The notes below the pieces were generated by a model that was not told where the DNA came from, made no database searches, and saw only the letters and a list, made by a program, of their open reading frames with translations. Source: Acidobacteriota bacterium (GTDB lineage: Bacteria; Acidobacteriota; Polarisedimenticolia; Polarisedimenticolales; JBBIHH01). From it: a stretch of 64,000 bases of DNA. The position numbers were made by a program, and so were the translations under genes. Shown in pieces: positions 40,202 to 47,920 of this stretch. The DNA lies in the NCBI GenBank assembly GCA_037447115.1, contig JBBIHH010000002.1:35817-99816 (forward strand), in the 5' to 3' direction. Positions within the stretch are counted from its first letter, which is position 1, and each line of letters opens with the position of its first letter.

Positions 40202-42037
40202 ATGGGCGCTGACCTACCCCGGACGATTGAGCCCGCCGATCCGCAGACGCTGGAGCAGCGCCTGCGAGAGATCATCGCGCACCTGTTTCCCGCAAGCGGT
40301 GTGGATGCCCTCGAGCTGCGCCACCTGGCGCGCGTGGTGACGGAGTGCTCCCTGCTGCTGACGGACGTTTACTCCGCGGAGCGCCTGGCTCGGATCCTGT
40401 ACCCCGAGCGTGCCGTGCTCACGGCGCTGCTCGAGCGCGTGCTGGGGCGGGGTGCCGAGGCGGGCGCCCTGTGGCGCTTGCGGCGCCTGCCCGACGACGT
40501 GCGACTCGTGGGGGACAAGGCGTTGTTCGACGTCGCGATCCTGGGCTTGCGCTCGGTCAAGGGCCTCGATCTCGAGGATCTGGGGCCCCGCGCCTACAGG
40601 ATCGCGAGCGAGACGCTGGAGCTGCTGGCGGAGGACCGGCGCCTGCGGGAGTTCTTCAAGCAGAACCGCCTGGTGGTGCTTCCGCTGGAAGAGGAGGTCT
40701 CGTTCCTCAGGCAGTGCTCGCAGCGCTTCGCCGTGTACGCCGAGATCCTCAAGCACCTGCACGACGCGCCGGCGAGGCTCCGGGAGGAGCTGCGGGTGCA
40801 GGTCCCCCTGATGGCCGCGGCGGCGGAGGCGCTGGCGGGCGAGCCCGACTCTCCCGAGGCCGACGCCTACCTCCGGGCGGCGGCTCCCGCGCAGGGGCGC
40901 ACGGACCTGGCGCGGGACGACCTGATCTCGTTCTACGAGCGTCAGGTTCTCTTCGCCTCGCTCGACCTCGATCGGCTGCGCGACGCGCTGCGTCGCGTGG
41001 TCGTGGACCAGGACGAGGCGGTGGACCGTCTGTGCGACGCGTTCGTGCTCTTCGCCGCGGGCACGGCCGACCGCGACCGCCCTCCGGCATATTTTCTCGC
41101 CGGCCCCACCGGGGTGGGGAAGAACCGCCTGGTGGAAAGCCTGAAGCGCGCGCTCGAGACGTTGTGGGGGATCGAGATTCCGATGCTGACCCTCGAGGGG
41201 CCGAGCTACACCTATCCTTCCGATGTCCACGACTTGCGCGGGGCGACTCGCGGTTTCATTCGCTCCGACGAGGAGGGTCTGCTCAGCACCTTCTACGCCC
41301 GGGCGTCGAAGTCGCCCCTGAGCATCTTGCTCGTGGACGAGGTGGAAAAAGCGCACCCGCAACTGCGGCGCTTTTTCCTCTCCATTCTCGACCGCGGGAC
41401 GGTGATGGACAACCGGGGACGCGTCCTCCATTTCCCCAATACCCTGATCTTCTTCACCTCCAATCTCGGCTACAGCGACGCCCACCACGCGACCGCCCCC
41501 ATCGGCTATCAGGACCCGCAGACGCGCCTGCGGAGGATGGACGACGACGTGCGGCGGGTCTTCAAACGGGCCCTCGCGCCCGAGTTCGTCAACCGTGTGC
41601 AGATCATCCACTTCCGCCGCCTGACGCAGGAGAGCGCGGCGCGGATCCTCGAGCTGGAGCTGGAGCGAATCCGCGCGCGCTACCGGAGCCTGCACGGCGT
41701 GGAGCTGCAACTCACGCCCGCCGCCCGGCAAGAGGTGCTGCGCCGCGGCTTTTCCTGGCACTACGGTGCGCGGCACCTCGCGGCTGTGCTCGAGCGAATC
41801 TGCAACGTGGAGGTGGCGAAGCGGCTGCGGGCGGACGACCGGGGCGGCATCGTCGATCGGCGGGCGTTGCTGGAGGGCCTGCGGGCGATGCGGGAGGGCC
41901 GGCGGGCGTTCTGCGAGGAGGACCTCGCCCGGAGCGTGAGCGAGGCGATGCGGGTCCGGGTCGGCTACCGCAAGCTGAACGTGGATTTCCGCGACGGGCA
42001 GTTCCTCTACGAGCCCGTCGCCGAAGGCGCGAGATGA
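40202..42037 (+). CDS. single-ring AAA+ ATPase related to ClpA/ClpB nucleotide-binding domain 2, with an unrecognised ~270-aa N-terminal region
   Basis: Track ORF 40145..42037 trimmed to the ATG at 40202. Its C-terminal half parallels ClpB D2 in this same window. It has VVDQDEAVDRL, Walker A GPTGVGKN (N instead of T/S) and Walker B LLVDEVEKAH. It also has TLIFFTSN, PEFVNRV and GARHLAAVLER. Confidence 0.8.
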   Translation: MGADLPRTIEPADPQTLEQRLREIIAHLFPASGVDALELRHLARVVTECSLLLTDVYSAERLARILYPERAVLTALLERVLGRGAEAGALWRLRRLPDDVRLVGDKALFDVAILGLRSVKGLDLEDLGPRAYRIASETLELLAEDRRLREFFKQNRLVVLPLEEEVSFLRQCSQRFAVYAEILKHLHDAPARLREELRVQVPLMAAAAEALAGEPDSPEADAYLRAAAPAQGRTDLARDDLISFYERQVLFASLDLDRLRDALRRVVVDQDEAVDRLCDAFVLFAAGTADRDRPPAYFLAGPTGVGKNRLVESLKRALETLWGIEIPMLTLEGPSYTYPSDVHDLRGATRGFIRSDEEGLLSTFYARASKSPLSILLVDEVEKAHPQLRRFFLSILDRGTVMDNRGRVLHFPNTLIFFTSNLGYSDAHHATAPIGYQDPQTRLRRMDDDVRRVFKRALAPEFVNRVQIIHFRRLTQESAARILELELERIRARYRSLHGVELQLTPAARQEVLRRGFSWHYGARHLAAVLERICNVEVAKRLRADDRGGIVDRRALLEGLRAMREGRRAFCEEDLARSVSEAMRVRVGYRKLNVDFRDGQFLYEPVAEGAR

Positions 42038-42711
42038 ACGGGCGCTCCCTTCTCGAACGCGTCCAGGGACTGCTCCAACGCACCTACGCGATCGAAGTCC
42101 CCCTCGGCGAGATCGGTCGTTTCGTGGTGGGCGACGCGGGCTATCGCCTGCTCTACGCGGGGCCGGCGCCGGGGGGCGTCGGGCCGGGATCGGCTCTTTC
42201 CCGCGCGCGCACGCTGGTGCGCGAGAGCTCCGAGGGGATACGGCTCGCCATCTACTACCCGGACGCCCTGATCCGCTGCCTGGAGGCCTACCCGCCGCAG
42301 CGTGGGCTGCACGAGGCGAACATCGACGCGTTCGCCACCTTCGTCGAGGAGCTGGATCATCTGCTTTGCGTCGCCGAGCGGGCGGTGGCGCAGCGCCCGG
42401 TAAGCCTGTTCGAGCTCGAACTCCACGCCAACGTGAGCAAGTATCTGGTGCTGGCGCGTTTCGCTGCGGGCCGTCGCGGGCGGCTCGAGCCGGCGCGGCG
42501 GGCCTGGCTCAAGCGACGGCTGTTCGACCTGGATTTCTGCGACGAGGATCCCCGCGTGCGGGAGCGCTACCGGGACGCCGTCCGCTGGGCCCTGCGCTTG
42601 CTGGAGCGATTGCACGAGCTCGACCCGCGCCAGCGCCTGGAAGCTTTGCGCCGGTTCCATCGGGCGGACGCGCCCGGCAAGCTGGAACTGATCGGAAGCC
42701 TCGCCGCCTGA
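42034..42711 (+). CDS. hypothetical protein translationally coupled to the AAA+ gene
   Basis: Internal ATG at 42034 within track ORF 40345..42711, overlapping the upstream TGA (ATGA). The 225-aa product reads MNGRSLLERVQGLLQRTYAIEVPLGEIGRFVVGD.... GC3 is coding-like, and I recognise no family. Confidence 0.6.
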   Translation: MNGRSLLERVQGLLQRTYAIEVPLGEIGRFVVGDAGYRLLYAGPAPGGVGPGSALSRARTLVRESSEGIRLAIYYPDALIRCLEAYPPQRGLHEANIDAFATFVEELDHLLCVAERAVAQRPVSLFELELHANVSKYLVLARFAAGRRGRLEPARRAWLKRRLFDLDFCDEDPRVRERYRDAVRWALRLLERLHELDPRQRLEALRRFHRADAPGKLELIGSLAA

Positions 42712-42731
42712 TCGGTAGGGCGCGGCGGCTT

Positions 42732-44363
42732 TCAGGATCCGCGGGCGGCCCGCCCCGTCCGGCCCAGTTCCGCGAGCCGGGCGGCCTCGTCGAACACCGT
42801 GAGGGCCTTCTGGATCTGTGGATCGTCTTCGGCGAGGACGCGCGCTTCCGCGATCTCTCCCCACTTGATCTTGGCCACGGCGGCCCGGATCTGCCGCAGC
42901 ACTTGCTCCGCGTCCCGCTCCAGAGCCTCCGGCGCGTAGGCGAAACGGCGCTCGTCGAGGAACGCCGCGAAGCGCTCGAGCTCGGCCCGTTCGAGCCGGA
43001 AGCCCTCCTTGAGCTCGGGATGCCGGTCCGCGTAGCGCACGGCATAGTCCAGGAAGAAGTTGCCGCGCATCAAGCGCGAGACCAGCATGCTCGCCCGCGC
43101 GGACGGCACGACGTAGTCGGGCTGGATGCCCCCGCCCCCGTAAACCTTGCGCCCCGCGTCCGTGTAGTACACGTCCTCCGAGGAGGGCTCCCCGAGCTGA
43201 GGCTCGGCGTCGCGCTCCAGCACCTCGTCCTCTTCTGCTTCCTCGCGCGCTTCCAGGAAGTACCGGTCGAGATCGCTGTAGTCGCGCTGGATGAGCCGAC
43301 CGGAAGGCGTGTAGTACTTGGCGGTGGTCAGGGCGATGGCGCCGCCGTTGCGTAGCGGGATCACCTGCTGCACGAGACCCTTGCCGAACGTCCGCTCGCC
43401 CACCACCAGCCCCAGGTCGTGGTCCTGGATGCTGCCCGCGACGATCTCGCTCGCAGAGGCGGAGTTGCGATCCACCAGGACCACGAGCGGCAGCTGCGCG
43501 CGCGCCACGTCCCCGCTCGCGACGTAGTCCTGGTCCGACCCCGGAATCCGGCCCCGGGTGTAGACGACGCGCTTGCCCTCCGGCACGAAGCGCTCCGCCA
43601 CCTCCACCGCCTGGTTCAGCAGGCCCCCGGGGTTGCTGCGCAGGTCCAGGATCAAGCGTTCCATCCCTTGCTCGCGCAACTGCCGCAGCGCCTCGTCGAG
43701 CTCCTCGGTGGTCGTGGACGTGAAGTTGGAGATGCGGATGTAGCCCACCCCCGGCTGCAGCAGGTAGCTCACGCGGATGCTGTGCGTGGGAATCTCGTCC
43801 CGCACGAGGGTGACGTCGAACGTCTCGCCCTCGATGGGCCGTTGGATCGTGATCGTCACCGGGGTGCCCTTCTCGCCGCGCAACCTCCGGACCGCCTCGG
43901 TGAGCGGCATCGGCGCCGTGTCCGCGCCCTCGATGCGCACGATGGTGTCGCCGGACTGCAGCCCCGCGCGGTGGGCAGGCGTGCCTTCGATCGGTGCGAT
44001 GATCGTCAGGGGCTTGTCGGGGCCGGGCTTGTTGATCTGAATGCCCAGACCCCCGAAGCGGCCCTGCTGTTCTTCCCGCATCTCCTTGAAGGACGCGGGG
44101 TCGAGGTAGTTGCTGTGCGGGTCGAGCGTCTGCAGCATCCCCTGGATCGCCGACTCGATGAGCGCGTCCCGGTCCAGATCGCCCGCGTAGCGCTCCTCGA
44201 TGATGGCCAGGATCTGCGCGAAAGTTCGCAGCTCCTTTTCGCTCGGCTCGGTCCCGCTCTCGGCACGGGAGGCGAGGGCGGCTCCCGCGAGGGCGCCGAA
44301 GCCCAGCACGAGCGCGGCGAGCCACCATGGGGTGCGGGGCGTGCGGGCTGAAACGTGCGGCAT
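42732..44363 (-). CDS. ctpA: C-terminal processing peptidase (S41 family, PDZ-containing)
   Basis: Track ORF 42732..44519 trimmed to the ATG at 44363, giving a TM/signal segment (TPWWLAALVLGFGALAGAALA). It has a PDZ domain (GGLGIQI...GTPAHRAGLQSGDTIVRI) and catalytic motifs (LRSNPGGLL, SASASEIVAG, TFGKG). Confidence 0.9.
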   Translation of the reverse strand: MPHVSARTPRTPWWLAALVLGFGALAGAALASRAESGTEPSEKELRTFAQILAIIEERYAGDLDRDALIESAIQGMLQTLDPHSNYLDPASFKEMREEQQGRFGGLGIQINKPGPDKPLTIIAPIEGTPAHRAGLQSGDTIVRIEGADTAPMPLTEAVRRLRGEKGTPVTITIQRPIEGETFDVTLVRDEIPTHSIRVSYLLQPGVGYIRISNFTSTTTEELDEALRQLREQGMERLILDLRSNPGGLLNQAVEVAERFVPEGKRVVYTRGRIPGSDQDYVASGDVARAQLPLVVLVDRNSASASEIVAGSIQDHDLGLVVGERTFGKGLVQQVIPLRNGGAIALTTAKYYTPSGRLIQRDYSDLDRYFLEAREEAEEDEVLERDAEPQLGEPSSEDVYYTDAGRKVYGGGGIQPDYVVPSARASMLVSRLMRGNFFLDYAVRYADRHPELKEGFRLERAELERFAAFLDERRFAYAPEALERDAEQVLRQIRAAVAKIKWGEIAEARVLAEDDPQIQKALTVFDEAARLAELGRTGRAARGS

Positions 44364-44402
44364 GGGCCTGTCCTCGAAAGACGTTCTCGTCGACCGCGCC
44401 CG

Positions 44403-44431
44403 ATTATAGGTTGCGCGGCTACCCCCGGCAA
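44403..44431 (-). promoter_or_regulatory. candidate sigma-70 promoter of ctpA
   Basis: The minus strand reads TTGCCG, a 17-nt spacer, then TATAAT (a perfect -10, complement of 44403-44408). It lies ~40 nt upstream of the ATG. Confidence 0.45.
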
Positions 44432-44445
44432 ACACGGGCCCTTCC

Positions 44446-44474
44446 TTGACACTCCGGCCGGAGGCGCCTAGCCT
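44446..44474 (+). promoter_or_regulatory. candidate sigma-70 promoter of tatA-tatC
   Basis: TTGACA (44446-44451), a 17-nt spacer, then TAGCCT (44469-44474). GGGGAGGAGG lies before the ATG at 44496. Confidence 0.35.
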
Positions 44475-44495
44475 GCGAGGGGAGGAGGCCGCACC

Positions 44496-44786
44496 ATGTT
44501 CGGCCCCATCGGCGGTCAAGAGATCCTGTTCGTCCTGCTGCTGGCATTTTTGATCTTCGGACCGCGCAAGCTGCCCCAGATCGGCCGTAGCCTCGGTCGG
44601 GCCCTGGCGGAACTGCGGCGGGCGACCCAGGAGTTCCGCAGCGGCCTGGAGCGGGAGATCGAGCTGGAGGAGCTGCGCGAAGGGCGTCGGGCCGTCGAGG
44701 AGGCGGGCCGCGCCCTCCGCGATCCCGCAGCGGTGGCGCAGGGCCGCGCCCCGCAGGACAGCGCGCCGGAAAACCGAGAAGCATGA
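44496..44786 (+). CDS. tatA: twin-arginine translocase subunit TatA/E (or TatB)
   Basis: 96-aa track ORF: MFGPIGGQEILFVLLLAFLIFGPRKLPQIGRSLGRAL.., followed by an amphipathic helix. Confidence 0.85.
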   Translation: MFGPIGGQEILFVLLLAFLIFGPRKLPQIGRSLGRALAELRRATQEFRSGLEREIELEELREGRRAVEEAGRALRDPAAVAQGRAPQDSAPENREA

Positions 44787-45559
44787 AGGGCCGCCGCCGT
44801 TCGCGCGGGGATCCGGACGCGACCATGAGCTTCCTGGAGCATCTGGACGAGCTGCGCGCGCGGCTCGTGCGCTGCGCCGTGGCCTTCGTGGTGGCCCTGG
44901 CAGCGTGCTGGACGTGGAGCGGGCCGCTGCTGCGCGCGCTGCTCCACCCCGTGCAGGACCGGCTGCCCTCCGGCGGCATCGTTTTCATCCACCTCACCGA
45001 GCCCTTCACCACCTACATGAAGACCGCGGCGCTCGCCGCGGTCTTCGTCACGGCCCCGTTCTGGCTTTACCAGCTGTGGGCCTTCGTCGCCCCGGGCCTC
45101 TACGCGCACGAGCGGCGCCTGGTCGTGCCGTTCCTTCTCTTCGGCACGGCGTGCTTCGCCGGCGGGGGCGTCTTCGGGTACGCCGTGGTGACGCCACTGG
45201 CCGCGGACTGGCTGGTCCGCCTCGGGACCGACTATCAGCCGGCGCTGACACTGCACTCGGCGTTTCAGTTCGTCAGCCGGCTGACCCTGGCCATGGGCGC
45301 GGTGTTCGAGATGCCGGTCGTCATCGCGCTGCTCGCCCGAGCGGGTCTGCTGACCCCCGCGTTTCTCGTGCGCCATTTTCGCGTGGCCGTCGTCGTCATC
45401 GCCGTGGCCGCGGCGGTGCTCACGCCCACGGGCGACCTGATCACGATGACCGTCTTCGGCGCGCCCATGGTGATCCTGTACCTGATCGGTGTCGGTGTGG
45501 CCTGGCTCTTTCGCCGGCGGGCGCTGGCGGCCGAGCCCCAGAGCGCCCCGGGTCGTTGA
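44783..45559 (+). CDS. tatC: twin-arginine translocase subunit TatC
   Basis: 258-aa track ORF: MSFLEHLDELRARL..., with six TM segments and FGYAVV.P.....L. The start overlaps the tatA stop (ATGA). An alternative ATG at 44825 is possible. Confidence 0.9.
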   Translation: MKGRRRSRGDPDATMSFLEHLDELRARLVRCAVAFVVALAACWTWSGPLLRALLHPVQDRLPSGGIVFIHLTEPFTTYMKTAALAAVFVTAPFWLYQLWAFVAPGLYAHERRLVVPFLLFGTACFAGGGVFGYAVVTPLAADWLVRLGTDYQPALTLHSAFQFVSRLTLAMGAVFEMPVVIALLARAGLLTPAFLVRHFRVAVVVIAVAAAVLTPTGDLITMTVFGAPMVILYLIGVGVAWLFRRRALAAEPQSAPGR

Positions 45560-45596
45560 CACGCATGCGGTGGCGCCTGTGGGGCGGGACCTTGCG

Positions 45597-46400
45597 GTGA
45601 GGCGCGGCGCGGAAGTCCTGCGGCAGGGACGCGTGGAGTGGCACGTGCTTGCGGGCTGGCGCGAGGCGCTCGAGGCCGGGGGCTGGCTCGAGCTCACGCG
45701 CTGGGTGCGTGAGCTCGAGACCGCAAGGCCCACCGGGAGGGGCCGCGCGAGCGTGGCCTGGGTGAAGGTGGCGGGAGGTGGCCGGCTCGTGCTCAAGCGC
45801 TGGTGCCGCGGCGGTCTCTTGGGGGGGTTGTGGCGCGATCGCTTTCTCGGGCGAGGCCGGTTCTTGCGGGCCCTCGAGGTGGCGCAAGCGATGCGGGCGC
45901 GGGGGATCGTCACACCCGAGCCCGTGGCCCTCGTGCTCGCCCGCGCGGGCCCCTGCCTCTACCGGGCCTGGATGGCCAGCGAGGCCTGGGAAGGAGGCCG
46001 GAGCCTGCGCCAGTGGCTCGCCGAAGCGGCGGACATGCCCGCGCGCCGGGCCTTGCTCGCCGAAGCGCTGCGCCTCGTCAGGCGCATGCACGACGAGGGC
46101 TTCGTCCATCCGGATCTCAACGTGGACAACCTGCTCGGCCGCGATGGACCCCAGGGGCGCGAGTGGGCCGTCGTCGATCTCGATCGCGTGCGCGCCGCCG
46201 GATGCCCGCTCGCTCCTTGGCGGCGGCGGCGTGCCCTGCGGCGCCTGCACCGCTCCTGGGAAAAACATCTGGGCGGCGCGCCGGATCTGGCGGCCTTCGC
46301 CGAGCTCTACGCTGCCGGGGATCGGGCCCTCGCGCGGCGCCTGAGACGGGGTGCGCGCTGGGCGCGTGTCGCTCTCGCGCTGCGCCGGCTACGCTGGTGA
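45597..46400 (+). CDS. lipopolysaccharide/Kdo kinase-family protein
   Basis: The 3' part of track ORF 45489..46400. The start is uncertain (GTG at 45597 or 45579). A protein-kinase-like fold is indicated by VLKRW..., GFVHPDLNVDNLL and VVDLDR. Confidence 0.65.
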   Translation: MRRGAEVLRQGRVEWHVLAGWREALEAGGWLELTRWVRELETARPTGRGRASVAWVKVAGGGRLVLKRWCRGGLLGGLWRDRFLGRGRFLRALEVAQAMRARGIVTPEPVALVLARAGPCLYRAWMASEAWEGGRSLRQWLAEAADMPARRALLAEALRLVRRMHDEGFVHPDLNVDNLLGRDGPQGREWAVVDLDRVRAAGCPLAPWRRRRALRRLHRSWEKHLGGAPDLAAFAELYAAGDRALARRLRRGARWARVALALRRLRW

Positions 46401-46417
46401 CACGCGGGGCATCGCCC

Positions 46418-47542
46418 TCAGGTTCCTGTGGCGGTCTGCGCGAGAAGCGATTCCACGGCAGCGTGCACCGAAGCCTCCGAGATGGCCGCGAAGCCATGCC
46501 GGCGATCGAGCCGCTTGAGGCCCGTGTAGTGCGCTCGGGGCGGCGCGACGACGCGGTGCGGCACCCCCCAAGGTTCGTTGATCACCGGATCCGTGGGCCC
46601 ATAGAGCCCGACCACCGGGCAGCCGACCGCACAGGCCAGGTGCAGGGGCCCGCTGTCACCGCCCACGAAAATCCTGGCGCGGGCGAGCCACGCAGCGAGC
46701 TCGGGCAGATCGGTGGGGGGCGCGAGCCGTGCGAGGCCAGCGCTGGCCTCCACCACGGCCTGTGCCGCTGTTTCCTCGCCCGGACCGTAGAAGACGAGCG
46801 GGACGACCCCCGAGCGCTGGAGTGCCGTCGCGGCTGCGGCGAGCAGCGCCGCCGGGGGCCGCTTGTAACGCTGCCTGGCGCTCGCGCCCGGCGCCAGCAC
46901 CGCGTAGGGTCGCCCTGCCGAAAGCGCGCGCGCGCGAACGGCCGCCTCCTCGGACCTCGCGCGGTCCGGCTCCAGCACGGGGCCCGGGGCGAGCGCCGCG
47001 GGAATGCCCAGGGCGCGCAGGAGCCTCAGGTTGCGCTCCACGCGGCCGAGGCGCCGGCCTCCGGCGACGACGACGCGATGGGTCGTCCACAACCAGTTGG
47101 CTTCCTTCTGCTGCCGTCCCGCGAAGCCCACGCGGACCGGGGCGCCGGTCGCGCGCGTGACGATGCCGGAACGCAGCGTGCCGTGGAAATCCAACGCGAG
47201 ATCGAACCCGCGCTCTCGCAGCCGGGCGAGCCAATCCCCGATCTCCCGCACGAGCCGCCACCACTGCGAGGGCGCCCCGAGCAGCGCTTCCCAACGCCGC
47301 CGCGGCAGTGGGAGCACCTCGTCGAGCCCCCACTGCCCCTGGAGCAGCGGCGCCCAGCGGTCGTCCACGATCCAGCTCAGATGAAGCCCCGGCCGCGCCC
47401 GCCGCAGGGCGAGCACCGCGGGCGAGGTGCGCAGCACGTCGCCCAGAGCTCCCAAGCGCACGACGGCGACCCGAGCCCCCTCCCGCGCGACGACGGTGCG
47501 GGGGTCCAGCGAGGGGGCCGCCCGCCGAGCTTCGAGGCCCAC
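46418..47542 (-). CDS. family-9 glycosyltransferase (LPS heptosyltransferase-like)
   Basis: Track ORF 46418..47656 trimmed to the GTG at 47542 (GGGAGG upstream). The sequence reads VAVVRLGALGDVLRTSPA..., FVGGDSGPLHLACAVG and PVVGLYGPT. Confidence 0.8.
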   Translation of the reverse strand: MGLEARRAAPSLDPRTVVAREGARVAVVRLGALGDVLRTSPAVLALRRARPGLHLSWIVDDRWAPLLQGQWGLDEVLPLPRRRWEALLGAPSQWWRLVREIGDWLARLRERGFDLALDFHGTLRSGIVTRATGAPVRVGFAGRQQKEANWLWTTHRVVVAGGRRLGRVERNLRLLRALGIPAALAPGPVLEPDRARSEEAAVRARALSAGRPYAVLAPGASARQRYKRPPAALLAAAATALQRSGVVPLVFYGPGEETAAQAVVEASAGLARLAPPTDLPELAAWLARARIFVGGDSGPLHLACAVGCPVVGLYGPTDPVINEPWGVPHRVVAPPRAHYTGLKRLDRRHGFAAISEASVHAAVESLLAQTATGT

Positions 47543-47610
47543 GCGTACCTCCCGCCTGGGTTTACAGCCCGGGCGCCACAGTGTATCTATGGCGGCCAGG
47601 AGGTCGTGAG

Positions 47611-47802
47611 GTGCCGCTCGATCCCCGTCTGCTCGAGATCCTGATCTGCCCCGCATGCCGGGGCGAGCTGCGCGTGCTGGCCGAGGAGCAGGGCCTCGAG
47701 TGCCTGGGGTGCGGGCGCGTCTATCCCGTCCGCGACGGCATCCCTGTCATGCTGATCGAAGAGGCGAGCCCGCCCCGGCGCGATCCCCAGGAGGCCTCCT
47801 GA
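47611..47802 (+). CDS. Trm112/YcaR-family small zinc-ribbon protein
   Basis: The GTG at 47611 is preceded by AGGAGG at a 7-nt spacing. The sequence reads PLDPRLLEILICPACRGEL...LECLGCGRVYPVRDGIPVMLIEEA. Confidence 0.75.
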   Translation: MPLDPRLLEILICPACRGELRVLAEEQGLECLGCGRVYPVRDGIPVMLIEEASPPRRDPQEAS

Positions 47803-47920
47803 CCGTCGCCATCTCCCGCCCGCCTGCCCGGAGCGCGACCGCTTGACCCCGCGGGCGCAGGTACTAAGTTTTTCCGGGGTAGCGGCTGGGGCGCCGGCAG
47901 GCGCGACCGGGGAGACACGC

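Noticed and set aside
41756-41771. TGGCAC-containing sites as sigma-54 (-24/-12) promoters for the NtrC-type regulator. Examples are TGGCACtacggTGCGC at 41756, TGGCACaggcaGTTGT at 31172, and others at ~12563, 14640 and 15744.
   Set aside because: All lie inside coding sequences, and the -12 element (TTGC at the exact spacing) is off by one nucleotide or absent. I saw no convincing sigma-54 promoter in any intergenic region of this window.
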